A stretch of DNA of 64,000 bases from Myxococcales bacterium (GTDB lineage: Bacteria; Myxococcota_A; Polyangia; Polyangiales; Polyangiaceae). Shown piece after piece: positions 1 through 9,504 of this stretch. The notes beneath the pieces were generated by a model, which ran no database searches, was not told the origin of the DNA, and saw only the letters and a list, made by a program, of their open reading frames with translations. Each line of letters starts with the position of its first letter. The first letter of the stretch is position 1. The position numbers and the translations under genes were made by a program. The stretch is from positions 99,037-163,036 of the forward strand of contig JAEUKE010000200.1 of assembly GCA_016794345.1 (NCBI GenBank), given 5' to 3'.

Positions 1-1
1 C

Positions 2-28
2 TGCCTGTCGGACCCCGACTGCCAGTAG
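2..28 (+). CDS. 3' end of an upstream CDS (partial, ...CLSDPDCQ stop)
   Basis: Frame 2 reads tgc ctg tcg gac ccc gac tgc cag tag. Too short to be sure. Confidence 0.2.
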   Translation, partial: CLSDPDCQ

Positions 29-54
29 CTCGGCGCACGAGCGGAGACCTCACC

Positions 55-1443
55 TTGCGCACCTCGATCTTCCTCTTCGTCTCCCTCCTCTCTGGTGCGG
101 CGCTCCTCGCCGGAGCCTGCGGCGACGACGGCTCCTCCGGGACCGGCGGCAAGGGCGGCGAGGCCGAGATCTACTGCGGGGACGGCTTCGCCGACCCCGA
201 TCTCGGCGAAGAGTGCGACGACGGCAACAACGAGGACGACGACGATTGCCGCAACGACTGCACCGAGCCTCGCTGCGGAGACGGCGCCGTCCTCTCGGAC
301 AGCGAGGAGTGTGACGACGGCAACCTCGACGACACGGACGATTGCCTCTCGAACTGCCTCACGGCTTATTGCGGCGACGGGTTCGTCCTCGCCGGCTCGG
401 AGTCGTGCGACGACGGCAACGAAGAGGACGGCGATGCGTGCTCCTCGACCTGCACGCCCGGGGTCGGCTGCGGCAACGGCATCCCCGAGAGCGGCGAAGA
501 GTGCGACGACGGCAACGCGAGCGACGATGACGACTGCACGACCGACTGCACCGTCCCCTACTGCGGCGACGGGTTGCCTCACTCCGGGACCGAGGAGTGC
601 GACGACGGCAACACGAACGACGCGGACGCCTGCCGCAACGACTGCACGCTGGCGGAGATCGTGAACTACGCGTGCCCGGGCACTGCGATGACCGTCTCGC
701 CCGGCAACGACGTCACGCTGGGTGGCAACACGGCCGACTCGGCGGACGGGTACATCGGCTCCTGCGCCGGGGATGGCGCGCCCGAGGTGGTCTACCAGGT
801 CACCGCGGAAGCCGACGGCATCCTCTTGCTCGAGCTCATCGCCGACAGCCCCGACTACGACCCCGTCCTGTACGTGCGCAGCGAGTGCGACGGTCCGGCC
901 AGCGAGGTCGGTTGCGCAGACGCGACCTTCCTCGGAGGCTATGAGTCGCTGCAGGTCCCGGTGAGCAGCGGCTCCACGTATTACGTCTTCGCGGACGGCT
1001 ACGTCGGCTCGAGCGGCTCGTTCCTCCTCGGAGCGTCGCTCCTCGCAGGTGTGCCGGGCGACACCTGCCCCGGCGTCCCCGTCTCGGTCGACGACTACAA
1101 CGACCCGCTCTCCTACTCCGGGGACACCTCGAACGCGCAGGCGGACCTCTCCGGGACCGGGATCTGCGCCTCGGCGAACACCGCCGACGTCGTCTACAAG
1201 GTCACGACGTCGATCACGGGGACGCTCAACGTGGCCCTCGACCCCACGTTCGACGCCTCGCTTTATGCGCGCGTGACCTGCACGAGCCAGGCGAGCGAGC
1301 TCGACTGCGCCGACGTTGGCCTGGCCGGCGACCCCGAGACGATGCAATTGCCCCTCATCGCGGGGGATACCGTCTGGTTCGTGGTCGACGGCTACCAGGG
1401 GGACGCGGGCCCCTACAACATCGAGTTCACGATGATCCAGTGA
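55..1443 (+). CDS. Secreted/lipoprotein with five myxobacterial cysteine-rich repeats plus two C-terminal beta-sandwich-like modules
   Basis: TTG start and signal peptide ending LLAGAC. Five CGDG..EECDDGN..DDC..C repeats. Two paralogous about 110-aa C-terminal modules (VVYQVTAE.. / VVYKVTTS..). Confidence 0.85.
   Translation: MRTSIFLFVSLLSGAALLAGACGDDGSSGTGGKGGEAEIYCGDGFADPDLGEECDDGNNEDDDDCRNDCTEPRCGDGAVLSDSEECDDGNLDDTDDCLSNCLTAYCGDGFVLAGSESCDDGNEEDGDACSSTCTPGVGCGNGIPESGEECDDGNASDDDDCTTDCTVPYCGDGLPHSGTEECDDGNTNDADACRNDCTLAEIVNYACPGTAMTVSPGNDVTLGGNTADSADGYIGSCAGDGAPEVVYQVTAEADGILLLELIADSPDYDPVLYVRSECDGPASEVGCADATFLGGYESLQVPVSSGSTYYVFADGYVGSSGSFLLGASLLAGVPGDTCPGVPVSVDDYNDPLSYSGDTSNAQADLSGTGICASANTADVVYKVTTSITGTLNVALDPTFDASLYARVTCTSQASELDCADVGLAGDPETMQLPLIAGDTVWFVVDGYQGDAGPYNIEFTMIQ
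175..651 (+). repeat. Five tandem coding repeats of about 30-33 codons (CGDG-x6-9-EECDDGN-x5-DxC-x3-C)
   Basis: Counted directly in the translation, aa 41-199 of the 462-aa ORF. Confidence 0.8.
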
Positions 1444-1462
1444 TCGGGCATAACGGCGGCGG

Positions 1463-2269
1463 ATGACAGCCGTCGAAGCCCTCCTCCTCGGGATCCTCGA
1501 GGGGCTGACCGAGTTCCTGCCCGTCTCGTCGACCGGCCACCTCGTGCTTCTCGGGCGCGGGCTCGGCCACGAAGACGCGGCCGCAAAATCGCTCTCGATC
1601 GTGATCCAGCTCGGCGCCGTGGTCGCGGTGATCGTCTACTACCGCGCGCTCCTCGGCGATCTGCTGCGAGGTCTGCTCCGGCGGGACCCGGCCAAGATCC
1701 GCCTCGCCGTCGCGCTCGGGGTCGCGTTTGTCCCGGCCGCGGCGGTGGGCTTTCTCCTCGGCGGCCGGATCAAGGAGCACCTGCTCAAGCCGCTGCCGGT
1801 CGCCGTGGCCGCCATCCTCGGCGGCATCGTCATGATCATGAGCGAGGTCATCCTGCGCGGCCGCAAGGCGCACGAAGACGAGGGCATCTACGGCGTGCGG
1901 CTGCGGCAAGCGCTCGCCGTCGGCGTGGCGCAGTGTTTTGCGCTCTGGCCCGGCATGTCGCGCTCGATGACGACCATCCTCGGAGGCCAGCTCGTCGGCC
2001 TCAAGACCGCGACCGCTGCGGAGTTCTCGTTTCTGCTCTCGATACCCGTGCTCGGGGCGGCCACGCTCTACGATCTCGTCAAGAGCCGCGACGTCCTCCT
2101 GTCGAGCTCGGACGCCGCGGTGTCGCTGGGGGTCGGCCTTCTCTCCGCGTTCGTCGTGTCGCTCGCCGTCATCGCGGTGTTCCTGCGCTACCTGAAGCGC
2201 ATCGGCCTCATCCCCTTCGGCGTCTACCGATTGATCCTCGGCGTGGTGGTCATCGCCGTCGCCCGATGA
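1463..2269 (+). CDS. uppP: Undecaprenyl-diphosphate phosphatase (BacA/UppP)
   Basis: N-terminus LLGILEGLTEFLPVSSTGHL and a multi-TM 268-aa protein with SRSMTTILGG. Classic UppP motifs. Confidence 0.95.
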   Translation: MTAVEALLLGILEGLTEFLPVSSTGHLVLLGRGLGHEDAAAKSLSIVIQLGAVVAVIVYYRALLGDLLRGLLRRDPAKIRLAVALGVAFVPAAAVGFLLGGRIKEHLLKPLPVAVAAILGGIVMIMSEVILRGRKAHEDEGIYGVRLRQALAVGVAQCFALWPGMSRSMTTILGGQLVGLKTATAAEFSFLLSIPVLGAATLYDLVKSRDVLLSSSDAAVSLGVGLLSAFVVSLAVIAVFLRYLKRIGLIPFGVYRLILGVVVIAVAR

Positions 2270-2332
2270 GCTTGACGGGGGAAGGGCGGGCCTCCTAAAG
2301 CGTAGAGCGCTTCGCCCTGTCAGGAGGTCTCG

Positions 2333-3355
2333 ATGGCTCGTTTCTCCAGCATCCGCACGTTCGCTTTCGTTTCGTTCCTCGGCGCCGCGAGCATCACGAG
2401 CGGCTGGGGCTGCGGCGGCGGCGCGAGCGCCGGGAAGGACGAAGCGCCCCTCGACATGTCCTCGCTCGCGCCGGCTCCCGACGCGACGGTCTTCGTGCAG
2501 GTCACGGCTGGCTCGGCCGAGGCCGAGCCCTTCCTGGCCAACGTGAAGACCCAGCTCACCAGCGCGATGAGCGGCGCCGGCTACAAGCTTGTGGAGTCGG
2601 CGGAGGCCAAGCCGGACATCCTCGCGAAGGTCACCGTGAACGCGACGCAGGAGCAATCGTTCTTCCAGGTCCAGGTCAACGGGCAGGTGCAGGCGAGCTA
2701 CAGCGTCAAGATCGCGGCCTCGTTCGTCTCCGCGGCCGAGGCCGCGGTCATCGATCAGGCGACCAGTGACTTCAGCGGCAAAGACGGTGCGGTGGAGCAG
2801 AAGGCGATCGACAAGCTCCTCGTCCACCTGAGCAAGTCCGGCAAGCTCACCGCGTGGGCGCACGCGGCCCGCTCGAAGGTCGAGGGCGCCGAGGCGGACC
2901 TCTGGAAGGCTGCCAACGCGGACGGCTGCAAGGCCGGCAAGACGGCGACCGCCTGCGACGGCGTGAAGGCGTACCTGGAGAAGTATCCGTCGGGCAAACA
3001 CGCGGCGGACGGCCGGCAGGCCATGCAAGACGGCGAGGTCGCCATGAAGGCTGCGCAGGAAGAGGACATGTGGAAGGCCGCGGCCGTCGACCAGTGCAAG
3101 AAGCCGACGAAGTCCTACGACTGCAAGGGCGTGGAGGACTACCTCGCGAAGTATCCGACGGGCGGGCACGCGGCCGAAGCGAAGGACGCGATGAAGGCCT
3201 CGGAGAAGGCGCGCGAGGGCCTCAAGAAGGTCGAGGATGCGAAGAAGAAGGCGGCGTCGCGCGAGGACTGCATCAAGGAGTGCCGTCGCGCGTACGAGAC
3301 GTACGCCGCGTTCGAGATCCTCGTGAACCGCTGCGTCCAGACCGAGTGCCAGTGA
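2333..3355 (+). CDS. Secreted lipoprotein of unknown function with an internal 56-aa duplicated Cys-pair module
   Basis: AGGAGG 6 nt upstream of the ATG. Signal peptide with GWGC lipobox. Repeat WKAA..D.CK......C.GV..YL.KYP.G.HAA....AM occurs twice. Confidence 0.75.
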   Translation: MARFSSIRTFAFVSFLGAASITSGWGCGGGASAGKDEAPLDMSSLAPAPDATVFVQVTAGSAEAEPFLANVKTQLTSAMSGAGYKLVESAEAKPDILAKVTVNATQEQSFFQVQVNGQVQASYSVKIAASFVSAAEAAVIDQATSDFSGKDGAVEQKAIDKLLVHLSKSGKLTAWAHAARSKVEGAEADLWKAANADGCKAGKTATACDGVKAYLEKYPSGKHAADGRQAMQDGEVAMKAAQEEDMWKAAAVDQCKKPTKSYDCKGVEDYLAKYPTGGHAAEAKDAMKASEKAREGLKKVEDAKKKAASREDCIKECRRAYETYAAFEILVNRCVQTECQ

Positions 3356-3378
3356 GCGCCGGGCTCGATTGAGCGCGC

Positions 3379-3909
3379 TCAGGGCCGGACGGGCGGTCCG
3401 AGCTTTCCCCTCGGATCGCGTCGCCGGGCCCACTCCGCCATCGCGATCCCCGCCGCGACCGTGACGGGGAACGAGTGGTTGATGCCGTACATCGGGATGG
3501 CGGCGATCTCCTCACAGGCGTCGAGGATCTCGTCCGGCACACCGTCGTCCTCGCTGCCAAACACGAGGACCGCGTCGTCGGCGAGCCGAGCCTCCCAGAG
3601 CGAGACGTTCGCGCGGTCGCGCTCGATCCCGACGAGCGGCCGGCCCTCCGCCCTCTTCAGGAAGTCCGGGATCGTCGCGCACTCGACGATGGTCTCGTAT
3701 TTCTGCATGCCCATCGCCGCGCGCTCGTAGAACGGCTCGACGCCGACCAGGAAGATCTCGCGGACGAGGAACGAGTGGGCCGCGCGGATGATCGCGCCCA
3801 CGTTGAACGGGTTCTTGGCCCGGATCACGGCGATGCTCATCGGGACACGCAGCGCGTCGAGCTCCTCGCGGATCTGCGACGTCGTGTACCCGAACGGCGG
3901 GATCTTCAC
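3379..3909 (-). CDS. SpoU/TrmH-family RNA 2'-O-methyltransferase
   Basis: NPFNVGAIIRAAHSF, VLVFGSEDDGVP and IPMYGINHSFPVTVAAGIAM are the three SPOUT motifs. Confidence 0.9.
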   Translation of the reverse strand: MKIPPFGYTTSQIREELDALRVPMSIAVIRAKNPFNVGAIIRAAHSFLVREIFLVGVEPFYERAAMGMQKYETIVECATIPDFLKRAEGRPLVGIERDRANVSLWEARLADDAVLVFGSEDDGVPDEILDACEEIAAIPMYGINHSFPVTVAAGIAMAEWARRRDPRGKLGPPVRP

Positions 3910-3914
3910 CGGCC

Positions 3915-4724
3915 CTACTCCGGCGTGACCGGCAGCGACGCGTAGTCGGACAGGAGCGGGTAGATGGGGCCCTCCTTCACGGTGAGCTCGAGCGTCGTCC
4001 CGTCCTTGTGGCGCACCGTCATGGGGACACCCTGCGTCGGGATGGCGCTCAAGGTGCTGCGCACCTCGTCCACCGTCTGGGCCTCGATCGGCTTGCCCTC
4101 CAAGATGATGATTTCGTCACCTTGCTGGAGCCCGGCGCGCGTCGCGGGGCTCGCGTCCACCACGCGCGTCACGCGCGCGCCCCCGCGGCGGAGCTCGTAC
4201 CAGAAGCCCGCGCCCCAGATCGCCTTGGCCGGCTGGATCGAGATGGTGACGCCGCTCTCGCCCGACAGCTCGAGATCGATCTCGGCGCCGAGCTGCTCCG
4301 CCTCGAGGCGAAACTCCTTCTTGCCGATGATCCCGTCCGCGAGCGGGTTGTTGTTCCAGAGCTGGACCTCGACCTTGTCGCCGAGCTGGATCTTGTAGTT
4401 GCCGCCGGGAGTCGTGTCCCACACCGGCTCGAGCGTGTCGGACGCCGACTTCGTCTTGAAGAGCTCGACGTCGTTCACGATCACGCGGACGTACGGGTCG
4501 GGCAAGCTACCGAACGCTTGGTCCCAGGTCCGACCATCCCGCGCGCGCGGCGGGATCCGACCTTTGACGACGCGCACGAAGTGGCGATCGTCCGGCGGCG
4601 GCGGGTCGAGCGTACCGAGGGCGGGCGCCTTCTCGAAGCGGGTGGACAGCTCAGGGAAGACGGCCGCACATGCGCACATGAACGCAGCGCAGGCCGCCGC
4701 GATGGCAACTCTCGTGATGGACAC
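3915..4724 (-). CDS. Lipoprotein with C2-like domain followed by a PDZ domain
   Basis: Signal peptide with FMCAC. C2-like LPDPYVRVIVNDVELFKTKSASDTLEPVWD...IIGKKEF. PDZ-like ATRAGLQQGDEIIILEGKPIE. Stop lies 5 nt from the methyltransferase start. Confidence 0.8.
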   Translation of the reverse strand: MSITRVAIAAACAAFMCACAAVFPELSTRFEKAPALGTLDPPPPDDRHFVRVVKGRIPPRARDGRTWDQAFGSLPDPYVRVIVNDVELFKTKSASDTLEPVWDTTPGGNYKIQLGDKVEVQLWNNNPLADGIIGKKEFRLEAEQLGAEIDLELSGESGVTISIQPAKAIWGAGFWYELRRGGARVTRVVDASPATRAGLQQGDEIIILEGKPIEAQTVDEVRSTLSAIPTQGVPMTVRHKDGTTLELTVKEGPIYPLLSDYASLPVTPE

Positions 4725-4836
4725 CTGCTGGCGAGCTTACCAGACTCACGGGGCGGATGGCGGGACCGCACGAGGGTGGCGGAGTCGACAAACATCGCGC
4801 ACACTACAGTCGGCGTAGCGATCGGAGACTTCTCGA

Positions 4837-5709
4837 ATGGCCAGGCTCGTAGGCTTCATTGGAAACCGACCCGACTTGGGCGCCCGCGCGCTCGCGATGG
4901 ACGAGCAGGCGCTGCTCGTGAGGGTCCCCGAAGGTGCATCGTCCGTCGCCGCGTCGAGCGGGGAAGAGGCGGGCAGCGTCAGCTGGGGTATCGGCTTCTA
5001 CCAGGGCGGGGAGATCCTGCTCAAGCGGCGGCCCTTCGACGAGCGCCGCTCGCTCAGCCTCGGCGAGATCATCCGAGACGTGAAGGCCGAGGTCCTGGTC
5101 GGCCACGTTCGCACGGCGACCGTGGGCGCGCTGCGGACGGAGAACACACACCCCTTCCGCTACCGGCAGTGGCTCTTCGCGCAGACCGGCACCGTCCCCG
5201 CGTTCGCGGGGCTCCGCTCGCGCATGTTGGACTCCATGCCGCAGTTCCTCGCCCGCGACGTCCGCGGCGACACCGACGCGGAGATCGTCTTTCACCTCTT
5301 CCTCTCGTTCCTGCACGACGCGAGCGCGCTCGACCGCGCGGAGGTCTCACCCAACACCGCGCGCGACGCGATCCGGTCCACGCTCTCGCTGGTCGACGGC
5401 CTCTGCGCCGAGGAGGGAGAGGGCCCGACAAGGCTCAACATCGTCCTCGCCTGCGGCGACTACGTCCTCGGCGTGCGGACCAGCAACAAGATGGGCTACC
5501 AGGTCGTGGCCGGCCGCGCGGCGCTCGAGCGGATCTTCGGCGGGGAGAGCCTCTCGCGGACGAAGATCCCGCACCTCGCGACGGCCAGGCTGTCGATCTG
5601 CGCCTCCGACTTCGACGACGACCGGCTCCCGCAAGGGTGGACCGCGGTGCCAGAGCGCTCGACCGTCACGCTGTCCCACGGCGACGAGCCCCAAGTTGCG
5701 CCGCTCTAG
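4837..5709 (+). CDS. Class II (Ntn) glutamine amidotransferase-like protein, YafJ type, lacking the N-terminal Cys
   Basis: GHVRTATVGALRTENTHPFRYRQWLFAQTG is typical of GATase_4. Codon 2 is GCC (Ala), and an in-frame stop lies 21 nt upstream. Confidence 0.8.
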   Translation: MARLVGFIGNRPDLGARALAMDEQALLVRVPEGASSVAASSGEEAGSVSWGIGFYQGGEILLKRRPFDERRSLSLGEIIRDVKAEVLVGHVRTATVGALRTENTHPFRYRQWLFAQTGTVPAFAGLRSRMLDSMPQFLARDVRGDTDAEIVFHLFLSFLHDASALDRAEVSPNTARDAIRSTLSLVDGLCAEEGEGPTRLNIVLACGDYVLGVRTSNKMGYQVVAGRAALERIFGGESLSRTKIPHLATARLSICASDFDDDRLPQGWTAVPERSTVTLSHGDEPQVAPL

Positions 5710-6376
5710 CTTTCGCGCGGGAGCCGTGCTCGGCCGGGGCCTCGCGATCGCGATGTCGGTCGGGTGCGCCGCGTCGCCGCCAGCGGTCCCCGCCGACGAC
5801 AAGCGGCACCCCGACGGGATCGCGGTCGACCCGCTGGAGACCCCACCATCCGCGACGGACTCGGCCGAAGCTTCGAGCGGCGTCGTCTCGCTCCGGACGC
5901 CGCTGGGCGTCGACGCCGCACGCGCGACGGTCCGCGCGTTCTTCGAGGCGGTCGGGAGCGAAGACGGTGAGGCCCTCATGAAGGTGCTCTCGCTCGACGC
6001 CGTATGGGTAAACCCGATGAGCCGCGCTCGCGAGCCCGCCTACAGCATCTTCTCGCGTCGGTTCGGGCGCCTCGACTACGGTGCCCTGGCTGGCGTGACG
6101 TTCTGGGGTGACGAGCACGTGCTCGAAGGACAGGACGCGGCGCGCGCCTGGGCCGAGCTCGTCCCGCTCGCCTCGTCTCCTTCCGGGGGCGGGCCCATGC
6201 CGCCTGCGCCGCTGGACGCGCTCGAGCCGGGCGATGTCTTCGTCCGGGCGCCGATCAACGTGGGCAAAGGTGGCGCCGGCGCCCTGTTCGGCGCCGAGAT
6301 GGCGCTCGTGCTTCGCCGGGACGGCGATCACTACGTCATCCGCCGCCTCGCGGAGGATTTCGTCCTGCAGCCCTGA
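5696..6376 (+). CDS. Lipoprotein, NTF2/SnoaL-like (tentative)
   Basis: TTG start overlapping the previous stop. Signal peptide with SVGC. ARATVRAFFEAVGSEDGEAL resembles an NTF2-like N-terminal helix. Confidence 0.6.
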   Translation: MRRSSFRAGAVLGRGLAIAMSVGCAASPPAVPADDKRHPDGIAVDPLETPPSATDSAEASSGVVSLRTPLGVDAARATVRAFFEAVGSEDGEALMKVLSLDAVWVNPMSRAREPAYSIFSRRFGRLDYGALAGVTFWGDEHVLEGQDAARAWAELVPLASSPSGGGPMPPAPLDALEPGDVFVRAPINVGKGGAGALFGAEMALVLRRDGDHYVIRRLAEDFVLQP

Positions 6377-6470
6377 GCTCCTCCTCTGGAGCGGAACGCT
6401 CCCTGCTTCCTCTCGTGGGGAGGAGAATTGTTTTCCCCCGCCCCCGCCTCACGGTAAAGGAGACTGTCGC

Positions 6471-7388
6471 ATGAGCCGCCTCAAAGTCGCGTTCGTCGGT
6501 TCGGGGGGCGGCGCGCGCGGGCTCGCTCACCTGGGCGTCCTGAAGGCTTGCGAAGAGACGGGCATCGTCCCGACCATCTTCGTGGGCGCGAGCTCCGGGG
6601 CGCTGGTCTCCGCATCCTACGGTCAAGACGTGCCGCTCGATGTCCTCCTCGACGGCTACCGCCTGCCCTGGCGTCGGCGCCACCACGGGCCGCGCCTGCA
6701 CGCCGGCACGTTCCTCGGTGCGCCGCGCCCGCGGGACTTCCTCGACCCCGGCTACCTCCTCTCGGGTGTCTTCTCGCTCGACAAGCTCGAGCGCCACCTC
6801 GAGCGCTTCTTGCCGGTGAACGATTTCCGGCAGCTCCACAACAGCGTCTTCGTCACCGCGGTCGACGTCGACAGCGGCGAGCGCGTCGTGTTCGGCCCCG
6901 GCTACCGCGAGGACGTGCCCATCAGCCGCGCGGTCGCCGCGAGCTGCGCCGTCCCCGGCCTGTTCCGTCCCGTGAAGATCGGCGACCGCTACTTCCTCGA
7001 CGGGGAGGTCGTCCGCACCCTCTCGGCGGACGTCGCCGTCGCCGCCGGCGCAAACGTCGTCATCATCTCGAACGTGTACCGGCCCGAGCAGCGGCGCGCG
7101 CCCGAGCGAGCGATCGCTCGGCGCGGCGCGCTCGCGGTCATGCGTCAGTCCTTGTCCATCACGCTGATGGAGAAGGAGAAGCGCGGGGTGGATCTCCTGT
7201 CGCGGACGTACCCGAAGGTCGTCTTCCTCGACATCGCCCCCGACATCGGGTCGTTCGGGTACCTCAACCGGTACGCGAGCCGGTCGCTCGTCCTACGCGG
7301 TTATCGCACCGCGCTCCGGGTCCTGACGGAGGCGAAGGAGCGCGGCGTGTTCTCGAGCGTCCTCGCGCCGGATACGCGCCTGAACTGA
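6471..7388 (+). CDS. Patatin-like phospholipase
   Basis: [18 protein letters not shown] oxyanion motif, GASSG nucleophile elbow and DGE catalytic Asp motif. The longer ORF from 6108 was rejected. Confidence 0.9.
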   Translation: MSRLKVAFVGSGGGARGLAHLGVLKACEETGIVPTIFVGASSGALVSASYGQDVPLDVLLDGYRLPWRRRHHGPRLHAGTFLGAPRPRDFLDPGYLLSGVFSLDKLERHLERFLPVNDFRQLHNSVFVTAVDVDSGERVVFGPGYREDVPISRAVAASCAVPGLFRPVKIGDRYFLDGEVVRTLSADVAVAAGANVVIISNVYRPEQRRAPERAIARRGALAVMRQSLSITLMEKEKRGVDLLSRTYPKVVFLDIAPDIGSFGYLNRYASRSLVLRGYRTALRVLTEAKERGVFSSVLAPDTRLN

Positions 7389-7446
7389 CCCGGGAGCCAC
7401 CCAGCAAGCGTGCCACACGCGTGCGGACCCATGGTATGGGCACCGC

Positions 7447-8847
<1,401 letters not shown>

Positions 8848-8919
8848 CAGGTGCTGAGAGTGCCGCTCTCTCACTCCCCTCTCCTTCGGTGAGGTGGGAG
8901 TCGTCGGCCCGCCTGCCGG

Positions 8920-9411
8920 TCACATGCCGGCGACGATCTTGTACTCGCCCTCGCCGCTCTCGACGAGCTCGAGCCGGTTGTCCTCCACCTTGCGCTTCCA
9001 CGCCTCGCCCGCCGTGGTCGGGATCTTGTAGCTCGCGCTGTAGGTGTAATCGATGAAGATGCGGTCGTTCTCTTTCAGGACGCGCCGGTAGCGGATCTCG
9101 TGGCGGATCGCGAGGGCGTCGAGGAACGCGGTGCCCGTGTCCTCCGCGGTGGAGCCGGTCAGGAAGTCCTTGAACTGCGCGTAGTCCATGTCGTCCGACG
9201 CGTCGGCGTTCCCGCCGTCCTCGTAGTAGTCGGGCGACACGAGCTTGAGGAGCGCGGGCACGTCCCGGCGCTCGACCGCCTTTCGGTACTGCTCGCAGAA
9301 GGTGATGAGCTTCCGGTTCTCTTCGGTGTCCTCCACATCCGTGTTGGGGATGTAGTGCTCCGAGCAAGCAGCGACGAAGAGACAGAGAGAGAGCGCGCGT
9401 GCGGGGGACAT
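8920..9411 (-). CDS. Lipoprotein, NTF2-like/DUF4440-like (tentative)
   Basis: ATG at 9411 gives MSPARALSLCLFVAAC, a signal peptide plus lipobox. KLITFCEQYRKAVERRDVPALLKLVSPDY is NTF2-like. Confidence 0.65.
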   Translation of the reverse strand: MSPARALSLCLFVAACSEHYIPNTDVEDTEENRKLITFCEQYRKAVERRDVPALLKLVSPDYYEDGGNADASDDMDYAQFKDFLTGSTAEDTGTAFLDALAIRHEIRYRRVLKENDRIFIDYTYSASYKIPTTAGEAWKRKVEDNRLELVESGEGEYKIVAGM

Positions 9412-9504
9412 GGGCCTGGAGTCGAGAACCCTCATACCGGCTCGACGATTCCCCACGCTAGGAGCGCGCCGAGCGCTCCGCAAGCTTTGTGCGTTGACAA
9501 ATTG

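Noticed and set aside
6108-6470. An N-terminal extension of the patatin ORF
   Set aside because: The extension overlaps the preceding lipoprotein gene in another frame and is Arg/Ser-rich. ATG 6471 has an AAAGGAG RBS, and the product begins just before the GxGxxG motif.
8848-8919. An imperfect hairpin (CTCCCCTC..ttcgg..GAGGTGGGAG) after asnS as a terminator
   Set aside because: The stem has a mismatch and a wobble pair, and there is no U-tract. It is plausible but too weak to list as a feature.
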